Shown here piece after piece: positions 40,450-56,448 of a stretch of 64,000 nucleotides of DNA; within the stretch, counting starts at the first letter, position 1, and each line of letters opens with the position of its first letter. Below the pieces are notes generated by a model. The model searched no databases, was not told where the DNA came from, and was given only the letters and a program-made list of their open reading frames with translations. Both the position numbers and the translations under genes were made by a program. Source of the stretch: the human T2T-CHM13v2.0 reference genome, Homo sapiens. The stretch lies in assembly GCF_009914755.1 (NCBI RefSeq), contig NC_060934.1; one strand, given 5' to 3'.

Positions 40450-41140
40450 TTTTCTTTTTTATTAGATTTATTGAGGTCAAATAATTATGCAGCAAAATCT
40501 ACTCTTTTTCAGTGTGCAATATAATGCACTTGACAGACATATATAGTATTATAAGGTGTATAAGCATCACATCAATCAAAGATAAAGAACTTTTTTCACT
40601 GAAAAAATTCCCTTCTACTATTTTTTGTGGTCAGTTCTGTTACTCCAACCCCATCCCTGGCAACCACTAATCTTATTTCTGTCTTCTAATGTTGTATGTT
40701 TTTAAGCACATAATCTAAATGGTATATTACTCTATATAGTTATTTTCTATTAGCCTGACTTTTATCACTCACTATAATGCTTTTGAGATTCATCCATGTT
40801 GTTGCATGTATCATGATGTTGATTTTGTAGTTTTTAGTGGTGTTCTGTTGTATAAATATACCATCATTCGTTTTTCCATCTACTTGATATTTCAATTTTT
40901 TTGGCTTTTGTGAACAAAGACACTAACAATTCTTGCATTCCCACAAGCAATGTATGAGGGTTCTCATTTCCTCACATGCTCATCAGAACTTTATATTGTC
41001 AGTTATTTTGTTGTTTTTAGCCATTCTAATGAGTATGTTGTAATAGCTTATTGTGGTTTAAAATTACTTTTCCATAATAATGTTAAGTATCTTTTAATAG
41101 CTTGTAATCTATACCTTTCTTTGGAAAAATGTGCTTAGTA
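40450..41140 (-). mobile_element. L1MB/ME-type 3' fragment
   Basis: ccctggcaaccactaatc...ttttgagattcatccatgttgttgcatgtatc...ttttagccattctaatg. Confidence 0.7.
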
Positions 41141-42352
41141 GGATGAACAGTTCTCAATATTTTTAATTATATATTCATGTATGTAATTAAATTATACATC
41201 TGTTATAATTGTGTTTTAAAAGGTCATCACCAAATTAATTTTTGTAGTTATCAAATAGATTTTATTATATTTGGTGTAACTTCTTCTGATGTAATCTTTT
41301 TTATAGGTTATATAACAAAGAAATGACAAATAAAAGACCTTCATGAGACAGTGAAAAATGGTATCTCAGTTACCTAAATGTATACAAGGTTTACACTTAA
41401 AATTAAAACAAAAACAAAACAGTTGTTATGAGAATAAAATAATTATTTCTGGGGGCTTTGAGATAATTGGAGTTATCTGAAACTATAAAACATAGAATAA
41501 AATTATTTTTGGTGGCAATATCTATCATTAAATCAATAATTTAGTTTATAGACCTTACCTTTGATAACTAACATATGTAAAAATTTATCAGAGAAGGCAT
41601 GCAGGCCTGGCATATACTTTTGTATAAAATTCCGGTATTCTAGAAGGGAGTTCATGAATTTGTGAAGTGTATTATACTTTTAATCAATTTCCTAGTGCTT
41701 CTAAAGTAGATCAGTAAAGTAGGTTGCATATTTTGGAATGAGTTAAAGAGATTTTTCATTTATATTGGAATTTACGTAGACCCTTAAATCCAACAAGACC
41801 TCAACGGAGTGGTTAAACTTTATACTAGTTGCAAATTAAGTAATTTGGAGGCTTTATGTAGTCAAGGTATTATGCAGAGAATTTCAATCATACATTTATT
41901 GGCCAAATAGCACCCTAGGTATCAGAAATGTTTTATGCAGCATTGAAATGTGGCTTACTTTAAAGGAAAAAATTATGGACTTGATTTTGACTCAGCAATG
42001 ACTAATTCATTATAATTTTTAATAAAGTTTCCTGGAGTATAGTATAATAGTTTATATTGTAAAATTCATTTTGTAAACACTAACACCTAGGAAACTATTA
42101 ACAAAAGTAATCATTTGTATTCACTAGTGTCATTTATGCCAAAAGAATAAACATAACCATTTTTACATGAATTTTCAAAATACATCAATCAAAGGTTGTT
42201 TCAAAACTACAAAGACAATCCATTAAATTCTAAAGTATTTTAAGAGGGCTAAAATGAGAATTGGTCTCAACAAAAAAAGTAAAATTATCAGTTGACGTTA
42301 GTAAGTACTAAATGATCATGAATATTGGCCCAACTTAACACATGCACACAAA

Positions 42353-42353
42353 A

Positions 42354-42391
<38 letters not shown>
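42353..42391. repeat. (CA)n microsatellite
   Basis: Directly visible. Confidence 0.95.
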
Positions 42392-42392
<1 letters not shown>

Positions 42393-43139
42393 CTTAACAA
42401 TTTGTGTTGCATGCAATTGGAATGCTGCCTTATAAGTAATTATGAAGTTTTCTAATACCTAAAATGTTCAAAGAGAAGAATATAATTGCCCATTACAGAG
42501 CATTATGGATAAGATGATTGTATCTAGTTTGGTCTAACTGAAGGTCTCCATCAGCACTAATATTTTATTATTCAAGACCAAGTAGACAGGAATAATTTTT
42601 CATTTCTTCTCTTTTTGGTAGGGAAATGATATTATCTTGAATCACACAAAAATATAAAATAAATTAAATACTTCATCCCTTTGGGTTGTTAAATAAATAG
42701 GACAGCATCAGTTTGTTTTCTATCTGGGAACCTTAAGTTAATATTGAAATAAGAAACACAAAATAAACCTACCTGTAATAAGTTTTGAAAGTACAAATGA
42801 GTATACTAGTCATTTCCCAAGATCCATTCTTAACTATTTTTTTTTCTTTAGTAAGTAAACCAAGGATTTAGAAGCACAAGTAGTTGCCCAGCTAAAAATC
42901 ACATTTTGCTCCTTATCTTACTGGCACCTCTGACCTTGCGATTAAGGTGTGTTCTATGAACTGGAATGAAAAGGGAAAATGAATCTTCAGAGTAAAATTC
43001 TCAGAAGAAACTGCTTGGCCTTACTGTTCTCTTTCACATTTCCGCACTCTGGAGAGCCGATATGAGCCAGCTTTTACAATGAAGGAGAAAACTGGGGGAT
43101 GGTAGATAAACAGAAACCTAGATCTAAGGATAATTGTTG

Positions 43140-43975
43140 GAGCACCCACCAGAATGGCAAAAATTTGACAACTGACAATATCAAATGTTGATGAGAATGT
43201 GCAGCACTTACAGCTCATATGAATTGTGGATGGAAGAGTAAAATGGTAGAATCATTTTGGAAAACACTTCTGGAATTCCTTATAAAATTAAATATACACC
43301 TAACATAAGACGCAGCAATTCCCCACCTAGGCATTTATATAAGTAAAAACATATCTAAAAGGGAATAGAGAGTTATCATTTAATGGGTACACAGTTTCTG
43401 TTTGATACGATGAGCAAATTCCAGAAAGGTATAATGGTGATGGTTGCACAACATTGTGAATGTACTTAATGCCACTCAATTGTACAACTGAAAATGGCAA
43501 AACTTGTAAATTTCATGTTATGTATATTTTACGAAAACGAAAAAAAAAACTACAGAAAGACTTCTCTAGAAAAGTCCATGTTAGTTTCAATAATAGCTCA
43601 AAACAAGAAACAACCAAAATGTTCATCAAAAAGTGAATGACAAAAGGCATGTTCTCACTTTTACATGGGAGCTAATAAATCTTGTTACATGGAGGTAGAG
43701 AATGAAAAACATACAGAATAAAGACTGAGAAGGGTAAGTGGGAATGGGGTGGAGAATGAAGAGATGTGGGTTAAAGGGTACAAACATATAGTTTGATAGA
43801 AGGAATAAATTTAATGTTTGATAGCAGAGTCGGGGTACTACAGTTAACCCCAAATGTATTGTATTCAAGAGATGAACATCCTAAATACCCTGACTTGATC
43901 ACTATCCATTATATAAATGTAACAAAATTTCATATTTACCCCCAAAACTTGTACAAATAAAAAATAAATGATTAA
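43140..43975 (+). mobile_element. Stacked L1 3' fragments (L1ME-, L1MB- and L1MA4-like)
   Basis: Three successive L1 3'-end motifs, including ttgcacaacattgtgaatgtacttaatgccact and catgttctcac...taccctgacttgatc. Confidence 0.7.
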
Positions 43976-44024
43976 ATAGAAGACAATGCACCCCAACAAA
44001 ACAACAACAAAAACTCATTTAGAA

Positions 44025-44303
44025 TAAGAGTTGGAAAATTAAGGCCAATGGTCAAATCTGGCCTGAGGCTTGTGTTTATACAGCTTGAGTGCTATGAACG
44101 GTTTTACATTTTAAAAGGATATATTCATATAATCTGTATACACAACCCCTATATGCACACACATACACACACACACACGCATACACACACACCCTCATAT
44201 ATCATACACACACACACACATAAATGATAAATATCAGTATGTGGCCAGCAAAGATTAACATACTTATACAACTTTTTACAGAAAAAAAAGGTTAATCCCT
44301 GAC
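44025..44303. mobile_element. MER58-like hAT-Charlie MITE with an internal (CA)n tract
   Basis: ggtcaaatctggcc...ggttttacattttaaaagg...atgtggccagcaaag...tttacagaaaaa...ccctg. Confidence 0.65.
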
Positions 44304-44885
44304 TTAAAAGATAAATAAAAAGTAATAAAAAGGACAAATTACTGAAACATGCAACAATGCAAGTATATCAAATAAACATTGTACTGAGTGAAAGAAGCCA
44401 GGCACAAAAGTTTATACTGTAGGTTATGTGTGACACTCTAGAATAGGCAAAAGCAAGTGAACGAATTTAACATCAACAATAATAAAATAAACTGACAAGT
44501 GCCTCCTAATGTTATACATTGAAAAGGAGACAACATTATGTGACATTAGTGCCAAAAATGTATAATGAAAATTTAATTATGAGGAACTAGCAGAATTATC
44601 AGAAAAATGTTGAGGAACATTCTACAGAAAAATTAGCTTGTACTCCTCAGAAATATCAATGCCATTTCATGAAAGACAAAGGATAAATTGTACAAGTCTG
44701 AAATGAGATCAAGACAGCTAAATGCAATGGGTAGCTGGGGAAAAATGCTGCAAAAGATATCAATGAGATAGCAGATTCTGAATATAGATGCTAATTTATA
44801 TAATGACTGTTTCTGTAGCTAAATGCCAGACAATGTAGAAAATTTATGCTGAGGTATATCTAAGGGTTAAAAATCTTTGAGAAAG

Positions 44886-45224
<339 letters not shown>

Positions 45225-46039
45225 TTAAATATGTTAAGTTTGCACAGCACTTAAGAGCCAGTTATGTATATAATTTTCATAAATGATAAAATTCATATAA
45301 TTCAGTACTTTCTTGATGGTGTTGTTCTTGTTTAGAAATTCTCATTGCAAGCAGGGGCCAATATAGAGGCTCTCTAATTCCTCTGAATAAAGAATAAGAG
45401 AAAACATTTTATCAAAGATCACAGCTAGATTACTTTAAAAATTAAATGAAAATATTTGTATTTAACATATCAGACATAAAATCCCAGTTTTTTCTACTTA
45501 CTCAGGTGAATATGTCCGACAGCTTGATATGTAATTATAATTAGGTTGAACTCCAGTGGCAGCAAAATGTTGAGAAGAAATTTAAATATGGGCATATTGA
45601 AAGATGGATTTGCTTTTATATATGAGAAAGAGAAAAAACATAGTGGCCAGAACTGTCTTGAATTTGAAGAATAGAGAGAGGTGAAAAAACAGATGGATGG
45701 TCTGTTATGTGATATTTGGCTGTGCTAATTTCTAAATGGACCAATTTCAGCTGAAAACACAGTCAAGGAAATGGCCATGAACATGACTCAGGTGTATCTT
45801 AGAAGAAAATTACTGGAAATGGAAAGGTCAAGGGTGACACCATTTTTGTGGGTCACCTAGAAATAGGAGCCACCTCAAACAATAGCCTGAGTTGTTTGAG
45901 TGGGTAAGTTGTGTTGGTGAATAAGAGAATTCTATAGGGCAAAGTATTTAATGAGAGACAGGAAGGGCCAGAAGCATGTTCATTCCTCTGAATGAAGAGT
46001 GAGAGAAAACATTTTTTCAAAGATCATAGCTTAAATGAT

Positions 46040-46175
46040 ATGATCATATATATGATATACTCAGATCATATATATCCATATATACACACACACATATATA
46101 TATATCTATATACACACACATAACCTTATGTATATACATATATATGTCTGTATATGTATGGATATATATATGCAT
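46040..46175. repeat. (TA)/(CA)/(TG) compound low-complexity tract
   Basis: Directly visible. Confidence 0.9.
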
Positions 46176-47002
46176 GTAAATGATAGTAATGGGAAGGCTC
46201 TTGAGCTTACTCAAAAATGAAGGAAAAATGCTTTAGATTCACCTTAGAAATGGCAGAGAACATTACTCACTTCCCCTGCTCTGTATTATGAGACATCTGA
46301 GACTATGAGCAACTTCTTTATCAGGTAGTTACATATCCTGAACCTCATTAGGCTCAAAAAATATTCCCCTTCTCCTGTTTGTCAGTCTCCATTTTTATTA
46401 GGACATGATGTTGATATAACTAAAATCATAAGAAATGCGATTATGTTTATACTGACCAGTCATGGTGTAAAATACCAGTTGAAGGTACACAACACAAGGA
46501 ATAACCCAGAAACACAAGTTCCTTTTAGAAATTTTTACCACTGTGTTTTATATGCACTCTTGTAGCCTCTCAGGAGGGGCAAAATAAAGTAATAGCTATC
46601 AGTAAATTGCAAGCCATTAATTTTACTATATCCATATGAGCAAAATAAATTTGGGCTAGATATATTAAATCTGGAACTAAAAATGAAAAAGAAAACTATC
46701 TGCACAAAATGCCTCAAGAAAATGATACCATACAATGAAGCTAATTTCCACCTACTGCCTGCGTGCACTGAATTAATATTCCTCATGAATTTTGCTATTG
46801 GAAAGACCTAAACTTAGTTTGATTATCGAAGGATTATTTTCAAATTGGTTTTTTGATGTCATATGAATAACATTCTCTCATGTTGAAGCATTTTAATTTA
46901 TTTAACATTAAATACTTTTAAGTTCAGAGATTATTTTTAAAGACCAATTTTTAAAACAATGAAACAGAGTCACTACAAGGCTTATTGAAAAGCGCCCTCA
47001 TT

Positions 47003-47346
<344 letters not shown>

Positions 47347-48825
47347 TTATAAAACCGTGAGTCACAGATTACATTCTAAACCTTGTAACTCAAACAGATT
47401 AGGCTGGTATGGTTCCTTCTGCTTCAGACAGTGGGAGAGGGCCAGATTTATGATTTGCTATTTCTTTCTCCTTTTTACAAGCTTTGTCACAGGAACTAGG
47501 GTTTAGAATTTTATAACCTCACATGTTCTCTGAAAGATAACATTAAACTATATACCTTTGACCTTTCCCATGTTCTATAATTTCACTGAATTGCCATTCC
47601 AATTCTTTTTTAAAATGCTCGACAGGAAACCATGAGATAAAAATAGACATCGAAAACACTATTTGTAATTGATAAGTGACCAAAGGCAGGCAGTCCAGGC
47701 CTGTCTTGCCCAATGACTTTCTCAGCTCAAATGAGATGAAATCTAAATAGTGAATAGAATTAAAACAAACAAAAAGGAGAGTCAATCACTGGAGGAAACC
47801 ATTCTTTGAGGATCTGTGATCACCATACTTCATTTAAGGGTGTTTGTTATCTGGAAAACGATTTAATTTATCCTTTGAGTCTCAAAAATAAACTAGAAAA
47901 ATTCAGTCACAGCTGATAATGTGTCAGGTGCCGAGGATAGCATGTTAAAGATATAGTCCCTGCAGTTACATCTGATTTGATATTATTTACTATATGGCAA
48001 GGATATTGCCTGGAGATTGGGATAAAATAAAAATGACTACTGCCTGCTTTTTCAACCATAGGATTTCTGATAATGATGTACAGGTCCAAAGAATAGCCCA
48101 AAATGTTCAGAACTCAATCTTACATGCAATAAATAGCCAATTTTAGAGTACTTCTTTTGGAATTATTCTGTCCAATGTTTGGAGAATGGTCCAGTTGACA
48201 GCCCAACAGCCTTTTCAGCTTTTTGATATTTTAATTCTGCCAGGGAAGTACTACCACCCTCAGCGATTGCATGTTTATCCATGTTCTGCAGATGTAGGCT
48301 GGAGAGAAGAGAATACAGATCATTTATTTTCTTTCTGGGTAAATGTCTGTGAAAGGCCAACATGCCTAGCATGAACTCTTTAAATTGTTCCGAGTAACAA
48401 CAATTGTCACAGGATGGAGTACAGGGACTGATTTAAGTTGCTTAAAGTCGAGAGAGAAAATGATTTGCAGTTGAAGAACTTGAAGTGTCCTCTGCTCTGA
48501 AAATGTATCAAATAGCCCAAGAAGTATGTGAAAATAACAAGTAAATGTTTTCAAACATTATTTTTAAATAACTTTTGGTATTGCCAGTATCCTCCTAAAT
48601 AAGAAGCCCATAATTTAAAAAGATGAACCAGAAATTATATCAATAAACTAATAGGTGGATAGATTGTAAATAAAATACAATGCTGATTTTTCCATTAATT
48701 AACCTTGGATCAGGATGTGAAATTTTTTCTCAAAACCCTTTTGTCCCTTTATTTTGGAAACTAAATGAATCAAATTATAGAACCTGTTAGATTTTTTATT
48801 TGTAATAATTCTTTGTTAAAAATTA

Positions 48826-49170
<345 letters not shown>

Positions 49171-49264
49171 TTATTTCCAATCCCTATGAGTACTTGAACT
49201 CCAATTTGAGAAGCAAAGTTGAAGAAAGTAAAATGAGATGTAAATTGACTTACCTGATTCCAGC

Positions 49265-49273
49265 CAAGATGGC
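49265..49273 (+). promoter_or_regulatory. YY1 motif at the L1 5' end
   Basis: CAAGATGGC at the canonical L1 5'-terminal position. Confidence 0.65.
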
Positions 49274-49338
49274 TGAATAGAAGCAGCTAGTGTGCACTGC
49301 TCCCATGGAGAGAAGGAAGAGTGATGAGTAAACACTAG

Positions 49339-49656
<318 letters not shown>

Positions 49657-49814
49657 TAACTGGATCATCCAGGTGGACACATTCAAACTCATCAAGGAAG
49701 CAATTTTGGCCCATGAGAAAGGAAGACTGAGGCAGAACAACTGCCAATTGGGAGTGGCACAGAGCAAGGGGAGGCCCCCCCACTGCAGGGAAATGGTGAG
49801 TGAGAGCCCCCCCA

Positions 49815-51877
49815 GCCCTTCCTCCAACACTGAGAATTGCAATTCAACATGAGATTTGGGTGGGGACACAAAGCCAAGCCATATCATTCCACCCCTGGCC
49901 CCTCCCAAATCTCATTTTCTCACATTCCAAAATACAACAATCCCTTCTCAACAGTCTCTGAAGTCTTAACTCATTTCAGCATTAACTCAAAAGTCCACAG
50001 TCTAAAGTCTCATCTGAGATAAAGCAAGTCCTTTCCACCTGTGAGCTGGTAAAATAAAAAGCAAGCTAATTGTTTTCAAGATACAATGGGAATATTGGCA
50101 TGGGTAAATACTCCCTTTCCAAAAGGGAGAAATTGGCCAAAACAAAGGGTCTACAAACCCTATGCAAGTCCAAAACCCAGCAGGGTAGTCATTAAACTTT
50201 AAAGATACAAAATAATCTCCTTTAACTCCATGTCTTACATCCAGGCCACTGATGCAAGGGGTGGGCTTCCAAGGTCTGGGGCAGCTCTGCCTCTGTGGCT
50301 CTGTATGGTACAGCCCCTACAGCTGCTTTCATGGGCTGGTGTTGAGTGCCTGTGGCTTTTTAGGGTGCACAGTGCAAGCTGTCAGGGGATCTATCATTCT
50401 GGGGTGTGAAGGATGGTGGCCCTCTTCTCACAGCTCCTCTAGGCAGTGCCCTAGTTGAGAATCTGTGTGGGGGCTTCAACCCCACATTTTCCCCCAGCAC
50501 TGCCCTAGTAGAGGTTCTCCATGAGGGCTCTGTCTTTGCAGCAGACTTCTTCCCGGACAACCGGGTGCTTCCTTACATCCTCTGAAACCTAGGCGGAGGC
50601 TCCCAAGCCTCAGCAATTCCCCTCTGTGCACTCACAGTCTTAATACCACATGGAAGCTGCTGAGGATTATGGCTTGTGCCTTCTGAAGCCATGGCTCAAG
50701 CTGTACCTTGGCCCCTTCTAGCGACAACTGGAGTGGCCATGATGCAGAGTGTCAGATCCCAAGTCTGCACAGAGCAGCAGAGCCCTGGGCCTGGTCCACA
50801 CAACCCTTCTTCCCTGCTAGGCCTCCAGGCCTGAGATGGGAGGGGCTGCTGCAAAGGTCTCTGAAATGCCCTGAAGATATTTTCCCCATTGTCTTGGCTA
50901 TTTATATTTAGCTCTTTTTTACTTATGTAAATTTCTGCAGCTGGCTTGAATTCCTCCCCAGAAAATGGGTTTTTCTATTCTACCACATGGTCAGGCTGCG
51001 AATTTTGTAAACTTTTATGTGCTGCTTCCCTTTTAAATAAAATTCCAGTTTCAGATAATTTCTTTGTTCACGTATATGCATGTACAGTGTTAGAAGCAGC
51101 CAGGCAACCTCTGAGTAATTTGCTGCTTAGAAATTTCTTCTGCCAGATACTCTAAGTCATCTCTCTCAAGCTCAAAGTTCCACAGATTTCTAAAGCAGGG
51201 GCACAGTGCTGCCAGTCTCTTTGCTAAAGCATAGAAAGAGTGCTCTTTACTCCAGTTCCCAATAAGTTCCTCCATCTGAGACTGCCTCAGCCTTGACTTC
51301 ATTGTCCATATCACTATCAGCACTTTGGTCACAAAAATTTAACAAATCTCTAGGAAGTTCCAAACTTTCCCTTATCTTCCTGTCTTTTTCTGAGCCCTAC
51401 AAACTGTTCCAACCTCTACTCATTACCCAGTTCCAAAGTTGATTCCATATTTTCAGGTATCTTTATAACAATGCCCCCCACTTCTCTGGTACTAATTTTG
51501 TGGTATTAGTCCGTTCCCACACTGCTATAAACAACTACTTGAGACTCAGTAATTTATAGAGCAAAAAGTTTTAATTGGCTCACAGTTCTGCAGGCTGTAC
51601 AGGCTTCTACTTTGTAAGTTTTTCGGGAAACTTACAACCATGATGGAAGGCAAAGTGGAAGTAGGCACATTTTTCCATATCCAGCAGGAGAGAGAGAGCA
51701 AAGGGAGAAGTGCTGCACACTTTCAAACAACCAGATCTCAAGAAAACTCTATCACAAGGACAGCAAGGGGAAGTCCACCCCCACGATTCCATCACCTGCC
51801 ACCAGGCCCCTCCTCCAAAACTGGGAATTACAATTTGACATGAGATTTGGATAAGGACACAGAGCCAAACCATATCA
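49815..51877 (-). mobile_element. MSTA-like MaLR element: complete 5' LTR (~51502-51877), internal region (~49887-51501), 3' LTR cut to ~70 bp
   Basis: Both LTR starts read ccaa(a/g)ccatatca (reverse complement of tgatatgg...) and end at 51877 and 49886. Typical ~1.6-kb MST/THE1 internal sequence between them. Confidence 0.88.
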
Positions 51878-54800
51878 GCATGTATTCAGCATTTTTAAAG
51901 AAAAGAGACTGCAAACAAGAATTTCATATTTAGCCAAATTAAACTTCCACAAGTTAAAGAGTATTAAGATTCATTTCAGATAAGCAAATGTGAAAAGAAT
52001 ATGTTACACCCAAACCTACCTTCCAGGAGATCCTTAAGGGAGTGCTAAATGTGGAAACAAAAGACCACTGTTACTGGCCACCACAGAAACACACTAAGTG
52101 CATAGTCCATTGACACTAAAAAGCAACCACACAGTCAAGTCTGCATAACAACAACATGACTACAGAAATTAAATTTGAACTTATCAATATTAACTTTTAA
52201 TGTAAATGGGATGAAGACCTCAATTAAAAGGCACAGATTAGCAAGTTAGATGAAGAAGCAAGAACCAGTTGCATGCTGGCTTCAAGAGACTCATCTCACA
52301 CGTAATGATACCCATAGGCTCAAAGAAATAGGTCACAGAAAAATCTACCAAGCAAACAGAAAACAGAAAAAAAAAAAAAAAAGCAGGAGCTGCTATTCTA
52401 ATTTTAGACAAAACAGACTTTAAATGAACAATGATCAAAAAAGACAAAGAAGATCATTACATAATGGTAAAGAGTTCAATTTGACAAGAAGGTCTAACTA
52501 TCCTAAATATATACACACCCAACAGGGGAGGACCCAAATTCATAAAGCAAATTCTTAGAGACCTACAAAGAGAGTTAGATAATCACACAATAGTAATGAA
52601 AGACTTCAACAACACAATGACAGTATTAGACAGATCATCAAGGTAGAAAACTAACAAAGACATTTGGGACCTGAACTTGACACTTGACAAAATTGAATCT
52701 AAAAGATATTTACAGAATTCTACACCCAAAGAAAACAGAACATACATTATTCTAATCCTAAAGGACACATAGTCTAAAATCGGCCACAAAATCAGCTATA
52801 AACAATTCTCAGCATATTCAAAACAAAAAAGAAATTATACCAACCATACTCTTGGACCACAGCCCAACAAAAATAAAAATCTATACTAAGAAAATGACTC
52901 AAAACAATACAATTATATGAAAATTAAACAGTCTGCTCCTGAGTGTCTTTTGGGTAAACAACAAAATGAAAGAAGAAGTTAAGAAATTATTTAAAACTAA
53001 TGAGAACAAAGATACAACATACCAGAATTTATGAGACATAGCTACAACGTTATGAGGGAAATTTATAGCATTAAACACCAACATCAAAAAGTTAGAAAGG
53101 TCTCAAATTAAGACCCTAACATCATAACTAAAGGAACTAGACAAACAAGAGCAAATCAACTCCAAAGGTAGAAGAAGACAAGAAATAACAAAAATCAGAG
53201 CTGAACTGAAAGAAACTGAAACTTGAAAAACCATGCAAAAGATAAACAAATCCAGGAATTTGTTTTTTGAAAGAACAATTAAGATTGATGGACTGCTAGC
53301 TAGACTAATAAAGAAAAAAGAGAGAAAATGCAAATAAACAAAATCAGAAATGACAAAGGGGACATTACCACAGGGGGAAAAAAAAAGCCCTCAGAGACTA
53401 CTGCAAACATCTGCATGCACACAAACTGGAAAATCTAAAAGATTTGGATAAATGGATAAACCTGTCAAGATAGAAACAGGATGAAATCTAAACCCTGAGC
53501 AGATCCAATAACAAGTTTCAAAACTGAATCAGTAATAAAAAGCCTACCAACCAGATAAAGCACTAGCCCAGACAGATTCACAGCCAAATTTTACCAGATG
53601 TGTAAAGAAGAGCTAGTGACATTTCTGTTGAAACGATTACAAAAAATTGAGGAGGAAGAATTTCTTCCTAACTCATTCTATGAGGTCAGCATCATCCTGA
53701 TACCAAAACTTGGCAGATATACCAGAAAAAATAAAAATGTCAGGCCAATATCCTTGATGAACATAGATGCAAAAATCTTCAAGAAAATACTAGCAAACTA
53801 AATCCAGCAGCACATCAAAAAGCTAATCCACCATAATCAAGTAGGCTTTATTCCTGTGATGTAAGGTTGTTTCAACATGTGGAAGTCATTAAATGTGATT
53901 CATTACTTAAACAGAACTAACGACAAAAAGCACATTATCATTTCAATAGATACAGAAAAGGCTTTTGATATAATTCAACATCGCTTCAAGTTAATAATCC
54001 TCAACAAACTAGGCGTTGAAGGAACATACTTTAAAAAACTAACAGCCATCTATGACAAACCCACATTATACTGAACAGGCAAAAACTGGAAGCATTCCCC
54101 TTGAGACCTGAAATAAGACAAAGATGCCCATTCTAACCACTTCTATTCAACATAGTACTGTATGTCCTAGCCAGAGTAATCAAGCAAGATAAATAAATAA
54201 AAGGCATCTAAATAGGAAGCGAGAAGGTCAAACTATCTCTGTTTGCAGATGATATGATTCTATAGGTAGAAAACCTCATAGTCTCTGCTCAAAAGCTCCT
54301 AAGTGTGATAAGCAATTTCAGCATAGATTCAGGATATAAAATCAGTGTACAAAAATTAGTTGAAATGTTATATGCCAACAACATCCAAGCTGAGAGCCAA
54401 ATCAGAAATGCTATCTTATTTACAATAGCCATAAAAGAATAAAATACCTAAAATTATAGCTAACCAGAGAGTCAAAAGATTTCTACAATTCCAAAACACC
54501 ACTGAAAGAAGTCAGAGATGATACAAACAAATGGAAAAACAAGTGCTATTCCTGTTAAACTACCATGAAATTCTTCACAGAATTAGAAAAAAAATATTAT
54601 AAAGTTCAAATGGAACCCAAAAAGAACACAAATAGCCAAGGCAATCTTAAGAAGAATAAAAAAGCCATAGTCACCATATTACCCAACTTCAAACTATATT
54701 ACAAGGCTACAGCAAACAGAACAACCTGAGACTGGTACAAAAACAGACACACAGACCAATGGCACAGAATAGATAGCCCAGACATAATGCCACATATGTA

Positions 54801-55244
54801 CAACCATCTGTCCTTTGATAAAGTTGACAAAAACAAGCAATGAGGAAAGAACTCCCTAGTCAATAAATGGTGCTGGGATAACTGGATAGCCATATGCAGA
54901 AGATTAAAACTGTACCCCTTCCTTGTATTATATACAAAAACCAATTCAAGATGGATTAAAGACTTAAATGTAAAACTTTAATCTATAAAAGTCCTGGAAT
55001 ATAACCTAGGAAATACCAGTCTGGACATAGGCCCTGGAAAAGATTTCATAATGAAGATGCTAAAAGCAATACAACAAAAACAAAAATTGAGCAACCGAAT
55101 TTAATAAAACTAAAGGGGTTCTGCACAGAAAAAGAAACTATTAAGAGTAAACAGACAACCTACAGAATAGGAGAAAATATTTGCAAACTACACATCTGAC
55201 AAAGCCTTAATATCCAGAATCTATAAGGAACTTAAACATATTTA

Positions 55245-55607
<363 letters not shown>

Positions 55608-56048
55608 TCAAAGTAAATGAACAGACATTTTTCACAAGAAAACATTCACGTGGCCAAGAAGCATATGAAAAAAAATGCTCTACATCACTAATCATTAGAG
55701 AAAAGACAATCAAAACACAATGAGATAACATCTCACACCAGTCAGAATAGTTATAAAAAGTCAAAAATGACATGCTGGTGAGACTGTGGAGAAAAAGGAA
55801 TGCTTATATACAGGTGGTGGTAATGTAAATTAGTTTAGTCATTGTGGGAAGCAGTGTGGCAATTTCTCAAAGAACTTAAAAGAGAATTACCATTTCACCC
55901 AGCAATCTTATTATTGTGTATGTGCCCAAAGGAATATAAATCATTCTACCATAAAGACACATGGTTGTGTATGTTCATTGAAACACTATTCACAATACAA
56001 AAACATGGAATCAGCCTAAACAGTAGACTGGATAAAGAAAATGTGGTG

Positions 56049-56190
56049 TATATATATGTATATATATATACACACATATGTATATACACACACATATGTA
56101 TATGTACATATGTATATATACACATATGTATATATGTATATATATGTATATATGTGTATATATATACACCATATATATATGTATATACAC
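56049..56190. repeat. (TA)/(TG)/(CA) compound microsatellite within the L1 3' region
   Basis: Directly visible. Confidence 0.92.
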
Positions 56191-56228
56191 AAAGTAATAC
56201 TACACAGCCATTAAAAAGAAAGGAATCA

Positions 56229-56448
56229 GCAGGGCACGTTGGCTCATGCCTGTAATCCTAGCACTTTGGGAGGCCGAGGCAGCTGGATCATGAGGTCAAG
56301 AGATTGAGACCATCCTGGCCAACATGGTGAAACCCTATCACTACTAAAAAAAATACAAAATTAGCTGGGCTTGGTGGTGTGCGCCTGTAGTCCCAGCTAC
56401 TCGGGAGGCTGAGGCAAAAAAAAAAAAAAAAAGAAGAAGAAAAAAAAG
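56229..56448 (+). mobile_element. AluSc-like SINE lacking most of the right arm, with poly(A) tail and TSD
   Basis: Body stops at gaggctgaggc (56415), then an A-rich tail. TSD aaaaagaaaggaatca at 56213-56228 and 56449-56464. Confidence 0.88.

Noticed and set aside
51776-51800. DUX4 site in the MSTA LTR
   Set aside because: The homologous position reads TGATGGAATCG on the element strand, too degraded relative to TAAYYBAATCA.
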